This document shows, piece after piece, positions 8,194 through 15,849 of a DNA stretch of 40,726 bases (position 1 is its first letter; every line of letters begins with the position of its first letter). Source of the stretch: a virus (lineage: Duplodnaviria > Heunggongvirae > Uroviricota > Caudoviricetes); IMG/VR virus record IMGVR_UViG_3300031952_000006; one strand, given 5' to 3'. The translations under genes were made by a program, and so were the position numbers. The notes under the pieces were generated by a model. That model saw only the letters and a list, made by a program, of their open reading frames with translations. It was not told the origin of the DNA and searched no databases.

Positions 8194-8231
8194 ATAAGAC
8201 TAAAAAATAGATAAGACTAAAAAATAGATAA
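8175..8231 (+). repeat. Tandem repeat, 3 full copies plus a partial copy of 17-bp agataagactaaaaaat
   Basis: Copies at 8175-8191, 8192-8208, 8209-8225, then agataa; no spacers. Confidence 0.95.
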
Positions 8232-8260
8232 AATCAATGAAACTATCCCATTCGCAGAAA

Positions 8261-8284
8261 GGCCCCTGGAAACAGGGGTTTTTT
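8261..8284 (+). terminator. Intrinsic terminator
   Basis: ggcccctg-gaaa-caggggtt followed by a T-tract. Confidence 0.8.
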
Positions 8285-8365
8285 ATTATAGAAATACTTA
8301 AAGTTAAATGAATATTTTATATATTTCTATCTTAGAAACCAGACACTATATTCAGGAGGACATCA

Positions 8366-8569
8366 ATGGCTTACTCAGGCAACATTAAATTCATATTTGA
8401 AACTAATAACGAAGCTCTCGTAGAAGAAACACCATCAGGCGCTACTTCGTATGATAGGCACGTTAAAGTTAATGCTGATTTCTCTGCAAAAGTTCGGGGA
8501 GATGTTATCAGCTATAACTACAATGCTCGTAGCAATTTTAACGATGGTCACGATATAACCATTGTATAA
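8366..8569 (+). CDS. Small hypothetical protein (67 aa, beta-rich)
   Basis: Strong SD aggagga; no family recognised. Confidence 0.65.
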   Translation: MAYSGNIKFIFETNNEALVEETPSGATSYDRHVKVNADFSAKVRGDVISYNYNARSNFNDGHDITIV

Positions 8570-8575
8570 TATTTT

Positions 8576-9595
8576 TTGGGTAGCATGATGGCAGACAAAA
8601 AATTGGAAAAGATGAAACAAGAGGAATATATGTCTAATGTAGATAGCACACTTGATTGGAATGAGTTCCTAAAAAAACCAACAAATCGAGTTAAAAAAAT
8701 GGCTGCACCAGCATTAGATATTCCCTCTATAGAAGACAAAAAACCTGGTGAAGCAGGATCACCTCCAGTTCCTACTGGAGGAGTACCTGTACTACCAACA
8801 GCAGACGCGCTTCCTCCATTACCAGGCGGCCCTACGGACGCGCTAGCACCGCCCTTACCGGAACCACCTAAGCCGAAAAAACCAAAAGAAAAAGATCTTT
8901 CATCGAAAGAAAAAGAAGAAGTTCTGTCATCTCTTGATGAGCTGCGTGAAACAATAAAAACTCTTAAATCTGAACTCGAAATGTCCGTAATGAAAGATGA
9001 AATTATCGAAAAGATAAAGAGTCATTACAAAGGCTTAGAAGAAGAACTAGATTCCTTAAAAAGAAAAGAGATACCAGAACGAAAGTATTTTGACACTGAG
9101 GGAGCTTACAGAGATCGTTTGTATGGAATGGCTACAAACATGTTGGATGAATTTCTTCCTGACTTATTCGAAGAAATACCGGAATACAATTTCACAGCTA
9201 CTCAGGTCAGTCGATTGTTTGAAGATGGAACAGTTGCCGATGCTCTTATTCTACTCATGGCAACAGTTCCGCGAGAAGGAATGAAGTATGATTTTAAAAT
9301 CGAAGTACCTGTTCTCAATGGACTAATGCAGTATCCGATGTATATCCAACGTGGTCAGAAAATAATCCCCCTCACAAAAGCCGAGATTCAACGAGAGCTC
9401 AATTCAATGTCGTATCGAAAGCTTGATATTGAAGAGCCCTTAAAAAAAGATAATTTATTCAATAATATCGGGGAGAACATTCATCGTAGACCGGACAGCC
9501 AAAAATGGTACGAGACTGCCCCTAATACATATAATCAGACAGCAATACCACCTGATCACATGCAGCAAGTCCAAAGAGGAAAAAGCATAAAATGA
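8576..9595 (+). CDS. Hypothetical protein with Pro-rich linker and coiled coil (possible head/scaffold-associated)
   Basis: Pro-rich residues about 60-102, followed by a heptad-rich helix. Start may be one of the downstream ATGs. Confidence 0.65.
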   Translation: MGSMMADKKLEKMKQEEYMSNVDSTLDWNEFLKKPTNRVKKMAAPALDIPSIEDKKPGEAGSPPVPTGGVPVLPTADALPPLPGGPTDALAPPLPEPPKPKKPKEKDLSSKEKEEVLSSLDELRETIKTLKSELEMSVMKDEIIEKIKSHYKGLEEELDSLKRKEIPERKYFDTEGAYRDRLYGMATNMLDEFLPDLFEEIPEYNFTATQVSRLFEDGTVADALILLMATVPREGMKYDFKIEVPVLNGLMQYPMYIQRGQKIIPLTKAEIQRELNSMSYRKLDIEEPLKKDNLFNNIGENIHRRPDSQKWYETAPNTYNQTAIPPDHMQQVQRGKSIK

Positions 9596-9930
9596 AAAAA
9601 GACAATGTTTATATGACACGGGATCTAGCCAGTGCCACGTACATTGCCTATAACGGAGTTAAGTTTGCAAAAAACTACGATAAGGCCAATCGATCGTGGA
9701 TTTTTCAAGATCCAGATGTGTGTGAAGACTTAGATTTGAAGCTACGAAATGGGGAAGCTTCTGTCGAAGTTATTAAGTATGAATCGGTGAGACGAAATTT
9801 GCTCGGGATGGTTAAAATGACGGGTTCAGAGGGTGGAGATGATTTACTCAATATGAATGGATATACAAATGGGGCAACAAACGGAAGAAGAGATAAGTCA
9901 AATCGAGATACTTCTAGGGATAACCAGTAA
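9592..9930 (+). CDS. DUF5659-like phage protein
   Basis: YMTRDLASATYIAYNG...WIFQD...NGEASVEVIKY pattern; ATGA overlap with upstream stop. Confidence 0.5.
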   Translation: MKKDNVYMTRDLASATYIAYNGVKFAKNYDKANRSWIFQDPDVCEDLDLKLRNGEASVEVIKYESVRRNLLGMVKMTGSEGGDDLLNMNGYTNGATNGRRDKSNRDTSRDNQ

Positions 9931-10063
9931 ACTAGATGACGTTAACCGTCGATTAGGAATAATTGACCACAAATTCTCTAGTTTTATTAATCAGATAAGA
10001 CCAAAAGACATATCTCCTGCAGCAAAGGTAGAGGAATGGACAGACCGCTTGAAAAGAAGATAA
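9857..10063 (+). CDS. Small hypothetical coiled-coil protein
   Basis: 68-aa ORF overlapping both neighbours; start uncertain. Confidence 0.4.
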   Translation: MDIQMGQQTEEEISQIEILLGITSKLDDVNRRLGIIDHKFSSFINQIRPKDISPAAKVEEWTDRLKRR

Positions 10064-10203
10064 AAAACATATTTGTACCTCTCGCATATACATCCTATGA
10101 ACTATTTAAGCATAAATGCTATAGCGAAGGGTACTCTATGAAGAAAGTTATAGAGATTCTTGTTGAGCAGTATACAAATGATAAACTTGTTGTTAAAAAA
10201 TAA
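10036..10203 (+). CDS. Ribbon-helix-helix DNA-binding protein (55 aa; absent from ORF track)
   Basis: Manual translation MDRPLEKKIKNIFVPLAYTSYELFKHKCYSEGYSMKKVIEILVEQYTNDKLVVKK: strand KNIFVPL, helix, EG-SM turn, helix (Arc/CopG-like). Confidence 0.6.
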   Translation: MDRPLEKKIKNIFVPLAYTSYELFKHKCYSEGYSMKKVIEILVEQYTNDKLVVKK

Positions 10204-10253
10204 TAAGGAGTAATACTATGATAGATTATGGAAGACAATTGAAATAGTAAATT

Positions 10254-10988
10254 ATGGATAAAAAATCAGACATGGGAGTATCTGTTTCAGGTGCACCTGA
10301 TTCTTTAGCAGGAAATCTTAATTATACACTGCCTCAGAAATTTCAAGATCCCGGCACAGATATATTTAAAACAGTAGCTCCCTTTGACGTAGTACATCGA
10401 ACTCCCGAAAGAGTAGAGCTGCAATATAATGATGCGCTGAAGCCAACGGTGCTTCCGACAGATTCAAAATATGATAATAACAATAAATCAAATACCGTCG
10501 ATTCAGGAAATAAACAGGTTGGTGATACTGATTTAGCAGCTAAAGCCAATAGATCATCTATGGGATCATGGAGTATTGCTATGAATGAACAACAATTTTC
10601 GAAAGTAAGTAACATTGATTCTCTTATAAAAACTGCAGAAGACGATTCTATTAAAAAGAAAATAATGGAATGCTTCGCTAAAAATGAAAACCCACCTGAT
10701 GCAAAGATACACAAGATGGCAGAAAAACTTGGTATTGAACCTGATAAAATGGAAGAGTCTATCTACAAACTTCTATCATCTTTTTTATCTCAAGGAAAAT
10801 CAAAGGACTATACGGGTGAGTATGATCCCGAAGAATTGAGAATGGGTATTGAAGTTGAGATGGAGCATACGAATGACAGAGATATTGCAGAACGGATTGC
10901 ACGGGATCACCTCGCAGAATTCAAACACTATTATACTGCTCTTAAAAAGATGGAAGAAGGATTAAAGAATCAATCATTTGAGAAATGA
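10254..10988 (+). CDS. Phage protein with C-terminal DUF5661-like domain
   Basis: ELRMGIEVEMEHTNDRDIAERIARDHLAEFKHYYTALKKME. Possible internal start at ATG 10581 (SD ggag). Confidence 0.7.
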   Translation: MDKKSDMGVSVSGAPDSLAGNLNYTLPQKFQDPGTDIFKTVAPFDVVHRTPERVELQYNDALKPTVLPTDSKYDNNNKSNTVDSGNKQVGDTDLAAKANRSSMGSWSIAMNEQQFSKVSNIDSLIKTAEDDSIKKKIMECFAKNENPPDAKIHKMAEKLGIEPDKMEESIYKLLSSFLSQGKSKDYTGEYDPEELRMGIEVEMEHTNDRDIAERIARDHLAEFKHYYTALKKMEEGLKNQSFEK

Positions 10989-11271
10989 AATGAATACCGG
11001 AATGGTTTTTATGGATAAAGGGAGTTCCTTTAATAAAATCAGTTTTATTGTGCATATGAAAGGGCATAAGAACTCATCTGGAGAGATCGCTCCGTATGTA
11101 ATAAAATCGCACGAAACCAATAAAATTCTATCTTCTCATAAAACTCGTGGTGAAGCAGAAAAACATTTAAAACAAATGCATGCGCACTCAGGTTCGTTTA
11201 TAGGTGTAAGAAATATAGATGAACTTATTTCAGGAGGTACATATGAGCAATGTAACCTTTACCGAAGCTGA
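10978..11271 (+). CDS. Small hypothetical phage protein carrying the shared tag near its C-terminus
   Basis: YVIKSHETNKILSSHKTRGEAEKHLKQM, then FIGVRNIDELI. True start may be a few codons later. Confidence 0.6.
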   Translation: MRNEMNTGMVFMDKGSSFNKISFIVHMKGHKNSSGEIAPYVIKSHETNKILSSHKTRGEAEKHLKQMHAHSGSFIGVRNIDELISGGTYEQCNLYRS

Positions 11272-11497
11272 TTTTTCTAGCATGGACAAGAAATCAAAAG
11301 AGATGCTCGGATGGACATTTAAAGAGAAATTTGGTATGAGCATTAAAGAAATGGTTGCTGATCCGATTAAAGGACAAGATGCGATAATAGCTGCAAAAAG
11401 AAAGGCTGGCTTTGTCGATAGTATACAGATTAAGAAGATAATGGATTTTTTATCTGAGCCAGATTGGGAACAGACATTGAAGGATAAGCTTGCATAA
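11243..11497 (+). CDS. Small hypothetical protein
   Basis: Start moved to ATG 11243 (SD ggagg); stop overlaps the next ATG. Confidence 0.6.
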   Translation: MSNVTFTEADFSSMDKKSKEMLGWTFKEKFGMSIKEMVADPIKGQDAIIAAKRKAGFVDSIQIKKIMDFLSEPDWEQTLKDKLA

Positions 11498-12054
11498 TGG
11501 AAAAAGATTTGGTTATCATGTGCGATCTCGATGGAGTACTTGCCGACTTTGCCGGGAGATTCAAAGAATTTGGACACGGTACTATTGGTGCCTTTACAGA
11601 AAGGCATGATCATGATGACGCAATTCTTTGGTCGTTCATTAAGAAAAAAGATCCTGAGTTCTTTCTAAATCTCAAAATGATGTCTGATGGAAAAGAACTA
11701 TGGAACTATATCAAACAATTCGATCCTATAATCCTAACTAAAATACCTCGATGGGCGCGTGCTTCCTCAGATAAGAAGAAATGGGTTAAAAAGCATCTTG
11801 GAAATGTTAAAGTAATAACCACCACTAAAAAAGAGAAATACGTTGAACCTGATGCTATTCTTATTGATGACATGGATGAAAATCTTGAAGCATGGGAAAA
11901 AGCTGGCGGTATCGGAATAAAGCATACGTCTGCAGCGAAAACCATAAAAGAACTCAAAAAAATAATGAAAGAAATTCCTACAAAAGAGGCATCTGAACAA
12001 TACATGTTTGTAGGTATAAAAAGCATTGAAGACCTACTCGCACACGAAGCTTAG
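11497..12054 (+). CDS. HAD-superfamily 5'(3')-deoxyribonucleotidase-like protein with appended C-terminal tag
   Basis: HAD motif I DLDGVLADF; motif IV ILIDDMDENLEAWEKAGGIGIKH, typical of phage NT5C-like proteins. Confidence 0.8.
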   Translation: MEKDLVIMCDLDGVLADFAGRFKEFGHGTIGAFTERHDHDDAILWSFIKKKDPEFFLNLKMMSDGKELWNYIKQFDPIILTKIPRWARASSDKKKWVKKHLGNVKVITTTKKEKYVEPDAILIDDMDENLEAWEKAGGIGIKHTSAAKTIKELKKIMKEIPTKEASEQYMFVGIKSIEDLLAHEA

Positions 12055-12107
12055 TCTAAAAACAATCAAAAATCATTCCTTTTACAACATAACTCCCTTA
12101 AAAACAA

Positions 12108-12518
12108 ATGCGTTATCATTATATTTCAAGGATAGCACGTAGTATAATTATGCTGTATAAGGATAAACCAATGCTTACTAATCGCAAACTTACTGATCAA
12201 ATAAAAGCCATTGAACGAAGCGGACAAGCAGATGGTCGGTCTAAGGAGTATATCATGAAAGCACTTATCGGAAATACATCTAAATATGGTGAAAAATCAA
12301 TGGAACCACACAAGAAATCAATTGAGCTCGATCAAAATGATCGTACAAGTATTGAAGAAATAATAACAAAAATAGCCGGTGTTAATGATATTAGCAATGT
12401 CTCGTTTGTAACCATGAATCTTACACATAATGATTGTGTTGTAAAATTTAGCTGTGAAGAAAAAAAAGAAAAGAAGAGAACAGAGGAGATGGGAGATGGA
12501 GCAAAACTGGAGGCATGA
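12108..12518 (+). CDS. Hypothetical protein
   Basis: 136-aa ORF in operon context; no motif recognised. Confidence 0.55.
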   Translation: MRYHYISRIARSIIMLYKDKPMLTNRKLTDQIKAIERSGQADGRSKEYIMKALIGNTSKYGEKSMEPHKKSIELDQNDRTSIEEIITKIAGVNDISNVSFVTMNLTHNDCVVKFSCEEKKEKKRTEEMGDGAKLEA

Positions 12519-12519
12519 T

Positions 12520-12786
12520 ATGGCCGAAGTATTGGATGAGAGATTTAGCAGTGCTCAGTCGCTACAGGACTTAATAAAAAAAGCTGGGTCAGATACTACT
12601 ATAATTCTTACTCTAAAAGAAATTGAAGATATCATAAAAGCTATGAATGTTATTCAACAATCTGCAGCTCTTCTCCCATCTGCCCCTGAATCTGATGTAA
12701 AGGATGAGCAAAATATGATATATAGCCAACTTGATACGGTATATCAGATACTAACAAAAAAACAAAAATCAGAATCAATAGTATAA
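12520..12786 (+). CDS. Small helical hypothetical protein with shared N-terminal tag
   Basis: Start moved to ATG 12520 (SD ggagg); begins MAEVLDERFSSAQSLQDLIKKAG. Confidence 0.6.
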   Translation: MAEVLDERFSSAQSLQDLIKKAGSDTTIILTLKEIEDIIKAMNVIQQSAALLPSAPESDVKDEQNMIYSQLDTVYQILTKKQKSESIV

Positions 12787-12793
12787 GGTATTT

Positions 12794-13129
12794 ATGGCAA
12801 CATGTAAAGTATACGGATATATTGTAGATGGTTCAGAAATACCTCTTTCAGGAGTAGCTATTCAGTTTATTCCTGCAGCGCTACCTGCAGTAAACTCAAG
12901 TACAGGGAAAGCAATTGTACCGAGAACCGTTGAAGCATTTACAACATCAACAGGATACTTTGAAACCAATCTTCTAGTTAATACAGATTTTGTTGCTATT
13001 ATAAACGCACTTGGATTGAAAGAAAAAATACGAATACCTCAAGCAGTAAGCGCAAATCTTTTTACGCTTACAGGAATGTACACGAGCGGAGATCCTACAC
13101 CAGAAGATACAGGACAACCTAATTGGTAG
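12794..13129 (+). CDS. Small beta-sandwich (carboxypeptidase-regulatory/prealbumin-like) putative virion protein
   Basis: CKVYGYIVDGSEIPLSGVAIQF...TTSTGYFETNL pattern. Confidence 0.55.
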   Translation: MATCKVYGYIVDGSEIPLSGVAIQFIPAALPAVNSSTGKAIVPRTVEAFTTSTGYFETNLLVNTDFVAIINALGLKEKIRIPQAVSANLFTLTGMYTSGDPTPEDTGQPNW

Positions 13130-13159
13130 TATGATTAAAATAAAAGAGGCACTATTATA

Positions 13160-14188
13160 ATGCGCTGGGCTCATGGAGACAGACTCCCGTCAATAAAAAC
13201 AGTAATGGATCGATACCGAATATTGAATCGGATGGTCGATCGCAACCGCACCAAGATGTGGGCTGCGGGATCTCCCTGCACGTACTGGAGAAATGTATCT
13301 GTTGATAAAATGGGTGCTCTTGTTCAGAATCAAACTAAATGCTATTGCTGGGCAACCCCCGCAGGCGGAGACAGCCAGCAAAGCCAACCGGATAGAAAGC
13401 ACTTTCTTTGTATGGGAACTGGGATGTTATCTGGTTATCAAAAATATGGGTATCATGAAATAGCCCTCAGTACACCCTCAAATCTCACAAAATCTTCACC
13501 CAATCTTGTTATATCGGGTGATCGAGGAAGCAGCTACATATTGTCGGGAACAACCTTGGCAGAAACTTTGACAACAGAAAGGCTGGCCTTAACACGTTTT
13601 AAAGATGTTACGTTTTTTCTTGCAAACGAATCTACCGATAAAGATCAAAACAGAATTGAATATGAATACTCAACAGATGATATAACCTGGATTACGATAG
13701 TAATGACTGACTATGTATCTCCATTAGCTAATAAGCAAGGAGCTCTGTCACTCCCAGCAAATACTGAATATATCCGATTCAGAGTAAGACTGAAAAAAAG
13801 AGTTGCTACGGCAACATCACCTAAATGGAACAGCATTCGATTCAGATATAGAAATCATGTTATGATTAAAGAGATGGACCCAAGATTCAATTTAGCCATG
13901 CCTGCTTTTCTTGCTGCACGAGAACAACAATCTCGATACATCGAACAGGGCGAATACGGTTGGATAACGAAGTTCCCCGTTGAATGGTGGACACTTCCTG
14001 ACGCAGATATTCTTAATACAGATATAATTACATTTCTTCAAGGAACGTACTCCGGTTATAAATTTCAGGTAAAAAATCTCAGGGAATTTGCATATGGGGA
14101 GAACCTTCAAATACTACACAAGGGATTTGAAAGTTCTCTTATTCGTGATAAGAATGAGCTGCTTGGTATTATACACTATCTTATGTGA
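13160..14188 (+). CDS. Putative head-closure/neck protein with Cys-rich zinc-binding segment and central insertion
   Basis: CYCW...HFLCMGTGMLSGY resembles the C-x-C-W...C-x-x-C-x-G-T-G..GY motif of large-phage neck proteins; C-terminal barrel-like segment (PDADILNTDII...KFQV). Confidence 0.5.
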   Translation: MRWAHGDRLPSIKTVMDRYRILNRMVDRNRTKMWAAGSPCTYWRNVSVDKMGALVQNQTKCYCWATPAGGDSQQSQPDRKHFLCMGTGMLSGYQKYGYHEIALSTPSNLTKSSPNLVISGDRGSSYILSGTTLAETLTTERLALTRFKDVTFFLANESTDKDQNRIEYEYSTDDITWITIVMTDYVSPLANKQGALSLPANTEYIRFRVRLKKRVATATSPKWNSIRFRYRNHVMIKEMDPRFNLAMPAFLAAREQQSRYIEQGEYGWITKFPVEWWTLPDADILNTDIITFLQGTYSGYKFQVKNLREFAYGENLQILHKGFESSLIRDKNELLGIIHYLM

Positions 14189-14196
14189 GGATGCAA

Positions 14197-14475
14197 ATGG
14201 AATTTCAAGGAATTACTTCTATTGACGAGCTTATCAAACACGCTGATGCTAAATTTGAAACAACAGGCATTGGTTCAACTTTAGGTGGAATTGCAGGCGC
14301 AATCGTCGGTCAGTTTATTCCAATTCCTATCGTTGATGATATTCTTCTTTCATGGTTGGGCAGCAAAGCTGGTGATTGGCTAGAACGACACTTCACTGAA
14401 CCAAAGAGTGAAGAAGAAGCTAAAACTAATCTCGCAAAAGCAAAACAACTATATGAAGAGGAAAAAGGTTCATGA
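14197..14475 (+). CDS. Glycine-zipper protein with shared N-terminal tag
   Basis: Start moved to ATG 14197 (SD gagg). MEFQGITSIDELIKHA, then GxxxG repeats GIGSTLGGIAGAIVG. Confidence 0.65.
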   Translation: MEFQGITSIDELIKHADAKFETTGIGSTLGGIAGAIVGQFIPIPIVDDILLSWLGSKAGDWLERHFTEPKSEEEAKTNLAKAKQLYEEEKGS

Positions 14476-14975
14476 AATTTGCTGGAATAAAATCTCTAAA
14501 TGAGCTTCTTATCAAAGAAGGAATAGCATCTGATATTGATAATGAATTCATCGAAGATTTCACAGAAAATCTGAAAATATTTCCCGATACTGTTGAAACA
14601 ATACCCACCAGCATAGCCGGACCAGACAGAGATGTTGGTATATTTAACCCATATATAGAAGAAATGGGAGCATCTATAAAAGCAACGGCACAAATTTCGA
14701 AAGAGACTGCTTTGAGTATTGGATTGGGCCAAGGATCGATTAAAGAGTATATTGAAAATAATGCTGCAGGTGCCGTAAGAAATTTTTCAGAGCAATGGGA
14801 TATTATAGAAAAGTTATTCGTAAGTTCCATATATAATGACAGAGTTCAAAACGCAGGAATACCAATACAAGAAATAAAAGATGAGGTTAATCAGGAATTT
14901 CGCTGCAGCCTTCTTGAAATTGCTAACAGTGAAGAGGGCAGTTCATTTATATTAAAATTAGAATTTTTTGTTTAG
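14472..14975 (+). CDS. Acidic hypothetical protein with shared N-terminal tag
   Basis: Begins MKFAGIKSLNELLIKEG; ATGA overlap. Confidence 0.65.
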   Translation: MKFAGIKSLNELLIKEGIASDIDNEFIEDFTENLKIFPDTVETIPTSIAGPDRDVGIFNPYIEEMGASIKATAQISKETALSIGLGQGSIKEYIENNAAGAVRNFSEQWDIIEKLFVSSIYNDRVQNAGIPIQEIKDEVNQEFRCSLLEIANSEEGSSFILKLEFFV

Positions 14976-14985
14976 GAGATCTCAC

Positions 14986-15597
14986 ATGGTTAACAAACTG
15001 ACCTTACATCAACTTAATCTTAAATATGCATCCGAAGGGCTTGATCTTTTAAAAGCTGTTCGAGCATGGAAAGACCTTCAATTCACACCTGATTCAATCA
15101 GAGATCAAGTAAGAAATGATGTTGGTACTACTATTACCGCATCGGATGCTCGAGAACTGTATCATCTTGGATCATCAATGAAATATGATTATGATGCAAT
15201 GGCTAAACCTTATGAAGTCAGCAAGGGACGAGAAAAGCTTATCCCAGATAACATAAAAAATGAGCAGCGCAAGCTTAGCCCTGCAGTCAAAATGTCAATG
15301 GAGCGTCTTGGTCAGAATCTATATCGAGACAAAAAAGCAAAAACATATTGGACTCTCAAAGAGAAAGTTGCTGATAACGGAGAAAAAGCTGTATATCTGG
15401 TGGCTATCGAAGAACCAGATGATGTTAAAAAAACTGCAGCGTTGTCAGGTGTTGATGGAGAACCGGGTACAGCATATTCAAAAGAAAATGTAAAAGCACA
15501 GGGCGAAGAATCTCCTGAAAATCCTGTGGGAAAGTCAACGGAACCAAAAGACAAGGAGCAGTGGAAGAATGAGCTTTCAGAACACGGAAACTATTGA
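14986..15597 (+). CDS. Hypothetical phage protein
   Basis: Start moved to ATG 14986 (SD aggag). Contains NLKYAS and VKKTAA; acidic low-complexity C-terminus. Confidence 0.65.
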   Translation: MVNKLTLHQLNLKYASEGLDLLKAVRAWKDLQFTPDSIRDQVRNDVGTTITASDARELYHLGSSMKYDYDAMAKPYEVSKGREKLIPDNIKNEQRKLSPAVKMSMERLGQNLYRDKKAKTYWTLKEKVADNGEKAVYLVAIEEPDDVKKTAALSGVDGEPGTAYSKENVKAQGEESPENPVGKSTEPKDKEQWKNELSEHGNY

Positions 15598-15847
15598 TAC
15601 CCTCATAAAACAAGCTGAGCTTGAAGTACTTCTGAAGCGTGTGACAGTTGAATCAGATAGGGGTACGATTGTTACCCCTGTGCGCTGTCCTGCAAAAGGG
15701 AGGGTAGATGATTATCAACGAGATGGAGAAGGAAAACCTGCCTGTGTATATAATAACAGCAATTGTCATTATTTTGGCAGGTCTATGTTTGATCTCGATG
15801 GTTATGTTAAACAAATTATATGTACGTTTGAAGAAGGTCAAAAGTAG
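15569..15847 (+). CDS. Small Cys-containing protein with shared N-terminal tag
   Basis: Begins MSFQNTETIDTLIKQAE; four Cys in the C-terminal half; SD aaggag upstream. Confidence 0.55.
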   Translation: MSFQNTETIDTLIKQAELEVLLKRVTVESDRGTIVTPVRCPAKGRVDDYQRDGEGKPACVYNNSNCHYFGRSMFDLDGYVKQIICTFEEGQK

Positions 15848-15849
15848 AT

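Noticed and set aside
8175-8231. CRISPR array
   Set aside because: The 17-bp units are directly adjacent with no spacers; no cas genes.
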